DNA from: Auanema rhodensis
Taxonomy: Eukaryota; Animalia; Nematoda
Length of the DNA stretch: 64,000 nucleotides
Direction: 5' to 3'
Assembly (NCBI GenBank): GCA_964057225.1
Contig: OZ059897.1
Span: 12,896,001 to 12,960,000, forward strand
Positions 38,424-52,300 of the stretch are shown in pieces. Below the pieces are notes generated by a model. The model did no database searches. It saw only the letters and a program-made list of their open reading frames with translations, and was not told where the DNA came from. How positions within the stretch are numbered: position 1 is the first letter of the stretch; each line of letters begins with the position of its first letter. The position numbers and the translations under genes are program-made.

Positions 38424-41400
38424 AATCGAATGATCTCTCAGCGTGTAAAACATGCTTAGTGATTTTGTACATGAATGTTTATCTTTGCTATGTTATGAAT
38501 TTTAACTTGTAGACGAAAGTTGATTGACCTAAGAGTCTTTTGTTGCGTTTTCACCCGGGATGATGATGAGGTCTTACATATTTAATAAACTAATTAATCA
38601 CGTTTAAGCTTATTTCTTGCTAAGTACTGTGACAATGGTACATACTTCACATTACTAATATGAAAATGATTCAATTATTACTATGAATCTGCTGTAAAAT
38701 AGCAATTGCCATAATTACTACAAGTGTTTTCTACCAAAAAAATCGGATTCATCTCGCGAGCTCTGTGTTCCAAGCTGAGTTTGTGAATTAAACAAGTTCT
38801 ATTTGTCTCAATTGTTATTGTGTTTTCAAACGGTAATGATTTGAATGCTTGTGAAAACCTGTTGAAGGCTTCTCACTGGTCAAAGGAAATGCAGTTTCAC
38901 TGATTCTGAATTATCTGAAATCCTACTTCAACGTATTTCTTCATACACAGGATTTGATCATGTACAAAAATTACTTTTCAAATCGGAGGTGTTTAAACTG
39001 ATGTAGACAATCCAGTCATCACCTCCCTATGTATCTATTTATTAGATTGTTATCTTGATTAAGAGAATCCGGTTCAAGATCACCTCTTTGGATAAAATTG
39101 CGTGGAACATGAAGCATGGTTATAATATTAAAATAAAACTTCTCCAGCCATAAATATGAATATCGTTAGCTTTCTCTAGCGTCCTACAGATAATCTTTTG
39201 TTTCTCATTTTTTGATTGTAATTCTTCATAAAAGCTGTCGTTACCACATTGGGGAATTATTCGATTTTCGCATCTCAAGCTATTAATTTCAATTTAATGA
39301 TTCTCAAAACTATTATTGTTGCTGTAATTGTTTTTCCCTTGATATTTCCTACGATTTTCACATTTTTTAAAAGTTTCATCCTGATTATCTTATTTTTGAT
39401 ATTTTTTAATGTTCAACTTTAATTTGTAATAGTTTCTTTCATATTTAGTTTACTTTACTCTTATGAAGTTAACATAGATCATTAATGTTTATCAGTCACG
39501 TGATATTCAATTATATATTTCGTACAAGTACTATTGTTCTGATCTACAAAACTTTAATGTTCAATAATTATATACAGAATAATATAAAATTGAAAGCCCA
39601 GATCTGCAAATTTATTTTCTCATTTAGTTTATCAATTCATTTCATAAAGCAATTTCAAAAACAAAATATAATTTTAATATTAATATATTTTTTCCTCGTG
39701 TTTTTAGAAAATTAAAATACTAGAAGTAAATCAAAACAGAGTTATTCTTGTGACCAAACATGCTAGAAGAATTGAGTATAATAAGAGTAATATTAAATTA
39801 CATTAATAATAATACTATGAGAGAAGATATAATTATAATTTTTCGAACAATCGTCCAATGTACTATGTTTAAATTTGTGTCATTATTTGTCAAGGAACTA
39901 TTTTAAGTGAAATATTCGATAAGGGCAAGTTTAACACCAGGTGTGCATTCATTTTTAATGATTCTTCTGAAAAGACAAACAAGCGATCTGTATGAAATAA
40001 ATTTAAAAATTTGAAACAAATAGTGTATACGTCAATCTTGGGTTGTGTACCGATTTTCTACTTAGGCACCAATGATGACGATGTTGCGGGATAATCAAGA
40101 TGGAAAGTCGAAGAAAGCTTGCTTGTTTAATGAGATAAATGAAAACAAGATCGGAAGTTATGTCTGAGAAACAGGAAAGATTACAACTTTCAAAGTCATA
40201 ATCAACTATTTTTTGAGTTTATGTGGCTTAAAAGGTTGACTTTCGTTACAGCATTGAGGGGTCATAAATCAAGGTGATGATTGTAAGACCCTGGAAGACG
40301 TTTCTCGATTCGGCTTCATGTATGTTTTTGGATTCCATCTAATTTCTCCCACTCGTAAAACTGTTTTGATCTCTGTATTACAGGTGTAATAGCCACTTTA
40401 TTTAAAAATTGTAAAAAAAATTTTAAATTGGTCCTTTATGCATGATCTTAAATTCTCGATCGCTATGAAATCATCTTTTAAAATTATTAAAAACAACAAT
40501 TTTTATATGTAATTCATATGTTTAATTCATTTTATATGATTTTACACACATATCTATATATTTTTAAACATATTAATTTTTTCATAAGAAAATATATGAA
40601 TGATACAAATTTTCTTTTTTAATTATAGGATGTTATATATATATCTATATCTATATTCCAGTTAATATATTTTGATTTTAAACAATTCGTGCCATATTAC
40701 GACAATTCGAGATCTAGTATTTAAAAGTAACAGTGTAATACATTTCTACAATTCTCCCGAGCGATCATTCATACAAAAGGCGGAGCCAGGTTCATTCATA
40801 ACCTCTTTACTAGCTCCAACCCTCTAGATACATGCAAACATATAAAAACTTGTATCAGAAGACACATATGGTGATGCCAACTTATTTTGCGAGAAACAAC
40901 ATGTTCTGTATTATGTTGTCAAACTCTTTTAGTTCATAGCACAAGGTGTGATGGTTTAAAAATTCTTCTCTGCGTTGACTGGCTGTCCGTTATCTTTTCT
41001 CTTTCCTTTGCTTCGTCTTTCTTGTATTTCTTCCATGATTGCTTTATGTAAGACCTTCAACCAAACCAGAAGACGACAAGTTGCCAGACAGGCTTTGTCG
41101 TTTTCTCTGATTGGCATGAACTGTGTTTATCTCGAAGTTGTGTGTAAACAAGCATGTAAACAATATAAAATTGTTGTTAGCATTGTTCTCGAACTTCACG
41201 AGCTATCTTTATTTACTTTTTCTATTCTACAATACTTCATATGCCTTTGCTTCTTTCGAATTATTTTTATGTTTCTGATAAGTCTCTTTCGATTTAGTGT
41301 TCTACTTCAGCGGAAGAGAAAAAGAAATTTACACGCTCTCTAAGACAAATAGGGGTAGAGAAACCGAGAGTAGGGTCAAAAGAGAGAGAATAACATCCGA

Positions 41401-41663
41401 ACAGTTTTGTGAAGTTTTGTCCTTTTCAATCAGTTCACAACTTTTATATTCCTTAGTATTTTAATTCTTGTCATCGCTTCTGGTTACCACGGTTTCTCAA
41501 ATCTGCAATCTTTGATTTCTTCTTTACTCTCTTGCGATATTATCAATTATATATCTCTATCGATAACATCTCTAATTTTTAAGATAATTGTATGCTTTTC
41601 ATATTTATATTTTTTCACACTTTTCAGATAATATTCTGCTATTCAAATTGAATAGAATCTGTG

Positions 41664-43599
41664 ATGCCCTCGCCAGCTCTAGCGACTGCGACGACGCCAT
41701 CCCCTCAGAAAAGAGATGCTAACGTTGAGAAGATGTATCGCAGTAAGCTTCATATTTTTATTTTACTTCCTTAGTTTGAAGAAGTTAAGAAAAAGTTTTC
41801 CTATCAACCTTTTTGCAAAATCACAACAGTAAGGTGCAGACAATCCGAAAGATATATTGACATCGCAATTCTTACCGACTGAAACCAATTTAAGTCATCG
41901 TAAACTTTTGAAAAACCGGGAAATGAGTAGCAGAACGATCTTTTTTTAATGCTTTCGTTTCCGCAACACTTTTTTTTAAATTGAAATTCGCAGAATACTT
42001 TTTTTTTCAATAATTTCAAAATAAGTAATGAGAGCAGGAGAAGATAAATTACTTAATTTGCCTATATTTTTTTATTTTATTACAAACAGTGACATACAAA
42101 AATTCTAAAATTAAAATGAACTATGCCTTAAGTTTTAAAGAAAACGTAACACATGTCATTGCGTTGTATGATGTTCTTAACAAGACAGTATCTGACGTGA
42201 CATCATCCGGTTTTTGAGCTAGTTTTTTCAAATATGGAACATAAGATTCAACATACATTTATACATTTAAAGCTTAGATAAAATAAAAACAAGAAAACAA
42301 AATTATTTTGTTTCAGTTCGTACTATTGTTTCGATCGGAGCTCTTTTGCCGGGTCTTGGATGTTATTTCTGTATAGCTTATACTTATGTATTTCAATTCG
42401 ATATTATTGCAAATTTTACCCAAGCAGATAGTTGTCCAGATACCCATAGGCAAGTTTTAAGAAAAATTACAAAATGCTGTTGAAATTCTCGTACAAAATC
42501 TAACAAAAATTAATTTTTTTAAAAGTTCTTTTTTTTTGATTTTTCATGAAATTTATGTTAATGATATTTTTAGTCCAATTCCTCCAGTTTCCTATAGTAT
42601 TGGTGTATGGATGCCCCAGAAGTTCTATTGGATGGCTGTAATGTTTATGCACATGCCTTTACGATTTTTCTTCATCATAGTAAGTCCTTTCTTAAAATTC
42701 ATACGCGTAGTAGTTATGTCCTGCTCAGCTTGAAGATTTTGCAAAATTTTAATTAATGTTTTTCATGAGAAAATTAAGTGCATTTTGAACTGTTGGCTAC
42801 AGTAAAAGTACGAGTGTAATATGCTAAAAATACAATTTGAGGGTGTTCAATTAAAATAATAAAATCAGATGTTAATCTAATAAAAATTATATGTTTTTAG
42901 CTTTATCGTCGAATGTTCATGGATGCTGCTCCTAAATCAGCTGTATACCATGGGGTAATCTGGTGTTATTTGAAGACATTATGGCTCGAACCTATTGGTT
43001 TATGTTTAGTCTCAATTGTTGATATAAATTCAAATTTCCGTAATATTTATTCATTTCAATTGTTTTTATGAAAGTTTTTGTTTTTTTCAGGTGTTCATGC
43101 ATTAGGATTTGGCATGTGGCTGGTCTTTTTCAATTTTAACATGTTCTTCAATTTAGTTTTGCATCATTATGGCCGAGTTCGACAGCAATCACGAGCTGTA
43201 AGTAAAAAGCTTTATTTCAAAAGATTTTCTTTGAGAATTCACAATATTATTCAATCAATATTCATTATGTTCAGCATGAAATTACATGGCGGCTGAAGTT
43301 ATTCATGTTTGTAACTGGTTCATTATGTTCTGCTACTACAGCTTTTACTTATCCATTGTTTTTGGTTTTTTGTTCTAGATTCGGTAAGAACATAACATCA
43401 AAATTGAAGATTTATATATTTTTCAGCTTATATTTCATTTTCACTCGTTGAGCTCTTGGTTATTGGATACAATTCCTTATTTTATTCATTAGCTTATTGG
43501 GATTTCCCTAATACAAGAGTAACTTTAGGAATTCATACGGGACCTAATCCAAAGAAAATTGCTCCAATACCAGATAACATTGAAAAAATACCTATTTAA
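41664..43599 (+). CDS. Frag1/DRAM/Sfk1 family (PGAP2 / CWH43-N-like) multipass membrane protein
   Basis: GALLPGLGCYFCIAYTYVFQ..CP..PIPPVSYSIG..PQKFYW..HMPLRF..LEPIGL..VHALGF..RLKLF..FC..FSLVE..YN..FY; seven coding exons. Confidence 0.85.
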
Positions 43600-43968
43600 T
43601 CAATTATTTTATCAAATTTTTTGAAATTTTTCAATAGACATGGATGTTTTTCATCATCATTTTGCCAATAATCTCGATATGGACATAGCTTTATATGATG
43701 TTTGTATTTAAGAATGTGAACGTTTTCTTGTTACGTGTAGTTTTTGAAAGAAATTTTTCTTGTTTTTTCCTGATAAAAGAAAACTTGTAAACAATATATA
43801 TATAGTTCATTATATGATTTTTATAATTCATAAAGTTTTATACTATAATTCTGTTTAAACACGTAATGTATATAACAATTGAGATTCGATAAACTCATTA
43901 AAATAATGAGCAAAATTATATAAAAAAATTGTTATTTTTAACAAATTTTAAAATAAAATCACATTTCT

Positions 43969-46900
43969 TTAATATGTTGGAGATATTGAAAAAACTAACT
44001 CAGACATTCTCCTCATATTACAGCAATAACAAATTGTAAAAATACAATATATAAAGAAAATTGTAATCATAACTACAAATGGTAAGAACATGTATGTGCA
44101 ATCAGTTGGAGGGCATTCTGAAAATTTAATTAATAATATACTTTTTTTAAAAATTAATTAATTCTGAATATTTTGTACTTTAAAATACAAATTTTGTATT
44201 AAGTTTTAATTGTAATATATACATATAACATACGTTCTTGATGTGAAAATTCTGTTGCTTCTAGTACAGTCATACGCTCTGTTTCTACATCAATGTCATA
44301 CTTTCTTAGTGAACGTTTCACTATCTTCTTTGAATTATATATCGTTGAACAATCAGGGACCTAAATTACAAGTAGCATATTGAAAAACATTAAATTTTGA
44401 AAATAATATACCGGGCATGTTTCATTTGATTGATGACGTCTAACTGTTAAACGAATTTGACATTGGAATCGTATATCATTACGATCTGCAAATTTGAAGA
44501 CTCGAGATGTTGCATATGCACGAAGCCCAGAAGTGTATTGTATAGCTGATAATAGCTCATTATCAGTTGAACATCTTTAAAAATAATAAAAAATAAATAT
44601 TTTAATGAAACATAATTAGACATACCCTCGTGAATCAATAACCATAACTCTATCAGCATTATCGTCTTCAGCCACGCAACTATGTACCTTTCAAATAATA
44701 TTTTTTAAAAATTTAGAAATTAAATATGAATAAATAGAATATTTTAAAAAATTTTTCAAATAATCACCTGCATGCAATAGAGATTATTTGGTTGATCGTT
44801 AGCACATGTCCAAATATGAGTTACTTCATCACCAACAGCAATTATAGGATTTTTTTCGTTTGATGGTTCGCCTATTTTAACAGATTTCATTTCCACATGA
44901 TACCCACAGGTTGGTAATGATGTTTCAGCTTTCATTGTGATAATTGCAGCATCGTTTGAGCTTAAATGATTTTATACTTTTTTGTTGTTATTTTGATAAA
45001 ACCTACCTAACGTTCAAATCGGTTATAACTGGACTTGGATCAGATTGTTCATAAAAACATTCAATATTAAATGCTTTATCCCGATATGTAATCAATTTTG
45101 AATGATGAGAAATAATCATAACAGCTGTCATAATGAGTCCATGAGGATCAGACTAGAAACAAAAATTTAGATATTTGAGAAGAATGAGAATATGAGTATT
45201 TTACTTTTATATTGTTGTCTTTGAAATTAATAAGAAATACGTAAAAAAGCAAAAACTAACAATACTATATTTAGAAAAAGATTATAAGTATAAGATGACG
45301 CTTTAATTATACTGTTGTAAACTTATAATTTATAATTATATTTAATAATTTTGTGTTTATGTGAAACTCTAAAAAATTGAATTTTTTTCAAAATTTAAAA
45401 AAATCTTTCAAATACTTCATGAAAAGGCGAATTGAATAATATAAAAATTTCTTTTTAATTTTTAGTTTAAATGGTTCAAAAAAATAAGTAAAGTTTCATT
45501 ACAGTATGCCGCAATCGATTTTGTGACTACCGTAATCTCGAGTGTCTGTTATGTATAGAGATGCAGTTGTCGCATAAAGAAAGCTGTTGATATGACTATT
45601 GGCGCCTAAGATTTCGATGATGAGTGGATGATAAAGCTGTACAAACACTAAATATACAGCAAAGAATATCAATTACATCTACTGATAGATAATACTATTG
45701 ATTATATCAATAATGTGAGATAAACAGTCATGGTTAATAAGGTTAATATTACTTCAAACTTAGTTAAGTTTTTATTGAAAATTAACAAAAAGTCTGTATT
45801 CATAAATAGAAAAGCAGTTTTGGTGATAAGATAAAAACTGATAGTATTATTAGTCTAATAATCAAAGTTTGGAACTAGCTAAGTTGCTATAACTTTAAAA
45901 CTAAGCATATTCTATTTAGTTTTCTTGCTTATTTAACGTATTTTTATAGAAATATACAGCTTATTATCTAAAAGCCATATTTGACATGAAATAACACTGA
46001 TTGCATTACTATTAAGATAATTCAAGAGTGCAACTTTTAACTATGCCGATCCCTCTTTTCGAATTCTTTTCAAAGAGTTTTTGTTCAGTCACGCGACAAC
46101 GACCTCGCATATCGCTCTATCTTTCTCTTTTTTTCTTTTCCTTGTCTCTCCCATTAAACGTTCCCTCTAGCTCTTTGTGTTCGAAAAAACGGACGGAGGA
46201 GCCGATGTGAGAGGAAAAGGCCAGATAGAGGGAGATAGAGAGACAGAAAGATTGAGAGGAAAGGAGAAAGAAAAAGAAAAAGATCCTTCCTTTACTCGCC
46301 CTCGTCTTCATCGTCTCTTTAGCCAAGCGCACAAAAAACAACCGCGGAACCGCTATCTTACTCTCGTCGCAATCCACAGGGTCCAGTTCAACCAAATACA
46401 AGTAGGCAAAAATTATTTGAAGCCGCCTGCAGGAAGCAATAAAATTAAAATCAAATCCCAATGGGAATTTTCCGGTCACTGAGGCAGAAAATATAGAATT
46501 TAACAAATTGCAACTATAATTTCAAAGATAATATCATTTATAATTTGATCATGAAATCAATTTATCTTATATGAAACACTCAGTTATGAGTCAAAATGGT
46601 CATCTGGTCGTGTGCCAGAGAAGATCAGAGTCTATCTAGGTGGTCGCGTAGCAGTCCAACACTTCCACATAGACGCATAGTCAGACATTCATAACGCCCA
46701 CCTTGGTTTGTTAGAAAGTCTGTTTATTTCATCACATTTGATGTTTTTTCTTTAGAAAAAACATTTGTTTCATTGTTTAAACTTATCTTTGCTTTATAAC
46801 AAATCTTTTAACGTTTTTTTATTTGTTTTTATTCTATTTTAATCGTTTTATGTTATTATTAGTCACAAATTAGAACAGTTCTTAAAATTCTTTGTAACTT

Positions 46901-48175
46901 TTTTAAAAATAACTTTGAAAACTTTTTGAAAAATGTTTCGAGGTCCTTGTCATTTCTTCTAAAAAACTGCATTACTTTTCATTTGCTTTCTTCTTCCGCT
47001 TTCTTAAAAAAATTGCCTCATTTTTTTTGTAGAAAGGGGGTGGGGCGAGATTACGGTAACTCAATCGATGAGAGCGCGTCGCTATTGGCTGCGTAGCGTA
47101 TTTCTGTGTATCGAAAGTTGATATAAAGCAATTCTTAGGACAAAACTTTAAACTGAAAGTTTAAACACTTTTAAAGGTGCTTTAATCATCGTTAACAAGA
47201 ATGAGAGTATTTTTTGCGAATATTTTTATCTTTCCGGATACGGGTTTTTACCTATTGCCAGGGTTTTCTTTTGGCTCGTTATAGCACAGTTTACTACCTG
47301 TTCTAGTCGATTCTTCACGTCTTTCAAGTCATTTCCACATTTTTTTAATTTTCAAACGATACCTACCTGACGTTTACGACGCATGTGACAAGCCTCATAG
47401 CTGAAGACGGGCTTCGCCCAAGTTGTAGATCTATTGCTGAAGTCATGAAAACAGCCATCTTCAGCGTAATGACCTCGTAGATAGATACGTCCAAGGAAAG
47501 GTTTTGTAAGATTAATACTGGCTTCGATGCCATCAGGACGACAATCAATAGTTGGGATACCTGCAATGGATTACGATTGTTCCAATCACGACGTTATCGG
47601 TCCAACAGTCTTTTATTTTTATTTTACGTTCAACAGAACAGAGGATAAACAGCATAATATGCACTAATCTATAGTAGTTTTATCTAGAATTTATGTTTCT
47701 ATCAAGTTTTAATTAGGTCTATCTTGCTCTTAGCTTACCCTTTTTCTTTCTCTAATTTCTCATTTGTTTAACTCCTACAATGTATTAGGAGCAGCAGCTG
47801 ACCCGACACATTTTCGAAACAAGACGTAAAAGTTTTAGAATAGCATTGCCATAGTATATATTCTTTGATATTTGACTGGGAGTGTTGAATGAAAGCAATG
47901 TTTTGACCAAAATAGTCTTAAGAGAATCTGTCTTCAAAAGAGAAGTTCAACCACTGGTGTCAATATCATTAGAAAACAAAAAATTTGATATTCAATTTCA
48001 ATTTGAAACACTTCTTCTCAAAATTTAACGAAAAGTTGCTTAACTTGAATAATAGAAAAAAAACTTATTGATGTAAAGACTGACCGATAATTTCCGATGA
48101 GGTTAACTGAGATAATTGAACGATGAATAAGAATAATTGAAGTAAACCATGAGTAGTAGAAGTAGAATATGCCAT
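43969..48175 (-). CDS. ZP-domain cuticlin (cut/cutl family) with C-terminal transmembrane segment
   Basis: MAYST..SSEII/GIPTIDCRPDGIEASINLTKPFLGRIYLRGH..CHMRRKRQ/SDPHGL..HSKLITYRDKAFNIECFY..LPTCGYHVE..IAVGDEVTHIWTC..VHSCVAED..IDSRG..AFRFNS..CP, then a basic cleavage site and TM segment. Confidence 0.92.
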
Positions 48176-49329
48176 TCCAGGAATCGAGTAAATGACAGAA
48201 ATATCTTGTTATGGTTCTTCTGGAGGGCAGTAATCAACCTTTTGCCCTTAGATGGTTATCGGAAGATCTTTGAGGGAGACGGATTAGATAATCAGCTCAC
48301 TGGTCTAGCTATTCATCTGTCAATCGCACAAGGTCAGAGTAAGTTTCTACAGAAGTAAACGAAACTATTATCCTTTCTAAACCAAATTTGGCAAGAAAAA
48401 TGGGATTATTTAATTAATCGGATTTGTTTCCAAACTAGAATGCTCAGTCGGCTAGAATAAGCAATCAAATCGGACTAAAATCCTTATTTGAATGAAAGCA
48501 TCTCAGAAAATATTTTGTTCCAAGCAGACTGTTAAGACTGCGAAGATGCACAACTGTTTTTGGGTTCTTCCGGTCACAAGTTTTAAATATTAATGTATAT
48601 ATTATGGTATAAATTGGTTTTTTTCTTTAATCAATGCCATCACAACAGGTCAAGTAAATGCTGACAACAAGGAAACGGTATCTGATTTCATTGGTTTCTG
48701 ATCTCATTTGTTATGAATGCCAGCTGTCCAAGAAATTCTTAGACAATTTTTACATAACTATTAGAGTTACGATTCTTTTTATATTCTCATAAAAGAGCTT
48801 AAATAGCTTTTAGAAAGTTACATTTGGACTTCTGGTGGTCGTCTGAGCTTCGCTTTTTATTGCTTCCCACTCTATACCCATTCTTCGTCCTTCTTGTGCT
48901 TGAAGTACATTCTAAAGCAATATCAAGTACATCGAAAAGAAGAAAAGTGCATTTTCTCTGTTTGAATTATCATGGAAACGTTTACTTTTTCTGATAAAAC
49001 GGCACTATTTCATTTCCACGTATGTATACCAAATATTAATTATATTTCCTTGGCAACTTTATTATATCAAGAATATAGTTCAAAAATAGATAGAATAATG
49101 AAATGAGTAGGAGAAATTAGATGAATAGCATTTCTTTTTATAATTATTAATCATTTAATAATAATAATAAATAGATTAAATATATTTTTTTATCTATTTT
49201 ACACTTTTCGAAACATAATCCACTTACAGTTTCCCTCTCTACTTAAATTTGAAAACAAATGAAAAGAAACATAAAAGTGTCTCTGACCCCCTGTCTGTTC
49301 ATTGACACAAACGATTACGGTAGTTTTTT

Positions 49330-49339
49330 TCGCAACATT
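49330..49339 (-). promoter_or_regulatory. Candidate MAB-3 (DM-domain) binding site
   Basis: TCGCAACATT, which is AATGTTGCGA on the minus strand. Confidence 0.45.
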
Positions 49340-52300
49340 CATTTGGCAAGCTCAATGTCTGAATTGTCTTTCTGTTTTAATCTTCTCTATTTTCTCCCTT
49401 GTAGTCGGTATCTCTCGACATCACTTTCTCTTATATTCTCACTTCTCTCTTTATTTCAAAAGCGAGTGCATTGTAGTGATTGATCTGTAAGCCCGACGAG
49501 GACACACAGAGAGATGCAAAACACATTTGCAGAACGTAAGAATGAGAGAAATAGAAAAGTCTTTTGCAACGCTTTACGATGAACCAACGACATTTATCGT
49601 TGTGTGACGACGATCGCATCCATAACCATCACACCACGTCGACCACCAAGACATTTGATGATTCAGAAGTAAATTATCCACCTCGTATCTGCAATGTCGA
49701 TCATTACGGTGTGCTTCGTTATTTCAAAACCTTTTCAATAGAGAGCAATACAGGCTATTAAATTTGCTTCGAATCGGATAAACCAATAAGAAATACATGA
49801 TGACGTCTATAGGTTAGCGAAGACAAACGTCGTATCACATCAGTTTTTTATAAATTTCTTCATAAGTATTCAGTCCCCTTTTTTATTGCAAAGTCTTATT
49901 CTTAAAAGAGAAAGAGAAAGATAATAGTATGCCAAGCATTTTTCTGTTTTTTTTTATTTGATGGGTCGTGTTATCAAAAGAATTACGACGACCACCATAA
50001 TCTGAGATTAATTTCCTAATTGAGAGCAGAGTTTTTTTTTATGTTGAAAATGCAATGAAATTCCGTTGCAATTTGAATTATGGCAGCAGAACGGCAAACT
50101 TCTAGAATTAGACTATGGTAGTAGTAGTTCTTGCAGCGACGCTCAAGAATCTGATTTAATTAAGTTTCCAACTTAGATATATTGCGATATTGAAGCAAAG
50201 AACATTTTTATTATACAGTAAGCTCTCATTTACCCATTTACAAAAAAAAACTCAAACATTTTCATATAAATTATTAATGATAGTTGAGACAAATAATGTT
50301 CAACGTTTAAGCACCTTTTGAGAAAAAATGTAAAAAAATTCAATATCTCACGAAAAAAACTTGACATGTTTAAGTAGCTATATATGATATAAATTATTTT
50401 AATATATATATATATATATATATTTCTTATGAGTTTGTTCAATTCTTCTAACCTTACTTTGATGAGTAAACACCATTCATATATCAAAAAATTAAACAAA
50501 AAAACGACAACTTAATCTATTAGAAACTAGTTATAGAAGATTTTCTTATATATTGGAATTTTATTATTTAATATCTGGTTTGTGATGTATATTAATTTCT
50601 ATTGTAGTCATTGTAAAATGAAATTATGCTGGTTGAAGTCAATTTATGGATTTTTTCCTCAAAAATCCGAATCAAAATGTAACACAGTTAATTCTTCCTT
50701 TTCGCCAATTTTTTGCCAACCCCTCACTCAAACACTAGTGCGCCAACATTCCGGCACTAGGTGCTTGCTAGTAAAGGACCACCCCACAGTTTTTTCGGCG
50801 ATCGTTCATTGGTTGATCCCACCCATTTTTTCGCTTCAAGCGCTTGTGTGTTCCATATTGCAATCTTTCGATTAGCTGTCGATTCACATTTTTTAGAATC
50901 TCTCTGTCTCTCTGTCTCTGTCTATCCCTCTCTCATTCTCTTGTTCTTGCTTCGATTTTCGTTCAATCAGAAAAAAAAGCTCACAATTGTGCAGAGCGAC
51001 GTCAGCGAGATTGAAAACGAGAAGAAGAAATTGGCAACGAAAGGATGTACATTACGATTTCGAGGACGACATTTATGATTACGAAGACTAATGTTGCTTG
51101 TTGATATCCAGGGCGGTCTTGGCTTCATTATGATGAATATCTTAGTAATCTTGAGCTTATTTAACATGAACATTCATTTATATGTTAATTGGATAGTATT
51201 CAACAAAAAAAAATGGATAGAGAGAGATAGAGTAAAGCTGACATCAAATGGAAATGAAACGAACGCATTCTTAATAAGTGTTCATACTACGATCATTTTC
51301 AATGATACATGTATGAAGTCAGATAACGAGCAGACAAGAAAGAGAATGTAGCCACTATAAACTAAGAACACTAAAGATTAAGCATAGTAATGAAGTCCTA
51401 TATCGATTTTATTGTTAAATACCGTAGTAAATGCTGATAGTAGATTTACAATCGTTTTTTTTTGTTCTGGAGAAATATATATATATATATATCCATTTAC
51501 TTATTTATTCTACTCGGAAATGAAATCATAAGCTTATGACGATGTAAAAAGCTTAAAAATGTCAAACATAAACATTTCATTATATATAATGATGTATATA
51601 TATATATATCAAATATTGACATATAACTGTATATTAATGATAAAATATGTCATATAAGTATATTTAGATAGTATAATATTATTTTTTTTTCTTAATAATA
51701 TGGATGAACGTTGATTTTCAAGTTTTATCTATTTGACTTGTTGAGGAAGAAATACGTAAATGTGCTTTGAAGTAAGTTCACTTCATGCTTCAGGAAATGT
51801 CAAAGAGAAATAGAGATTTCTTTCTCACTTTCTTCTATGAAATCCTGCTTAGCTTTGTTAAATTTTTCATCGAAAACGCTCGTCTTCACATTTTACTTTA
51901 TAAGTAGTAGTAGCATTTATGCAGAAGAATGTGTAGAATCAGTAGAATTCTTAATTCCTGCTTGCATATCCCAAACGACTTGCAAGTTTTTTTCTCTTTA
52001 ATTTAATTCAAAATAGTAAAGATTGAGAGAGCAGGAAAAAAGTAAGCGGAAGCAATGTTATTGAATAGAAATATATCGGAACTTGAATACCGTAATCAAG
52101 TTTCGAGTTCCGTTCGTTCAGTTTGAAACTGCTGTTCCGTTCGGCTCATCATTCTCTAATTCAGTTTTTTTAAATATTCATTTGATTTGGTGGTGATTTT
52201 GCTATATTCGAAAAGAAACGAGAACATAATAGTAGCTGGTCATGATGAGAGGGTTAACAGTGTGAAGAAAAGGAAAAGTTTTGCAAACTAATTGAATGGA

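Noticed and set aside
46028-46506. Overlapping ORFs in the cuticlin intron
   Set aside because: Open because of GA/CT-rich low complexity; no domain signal.
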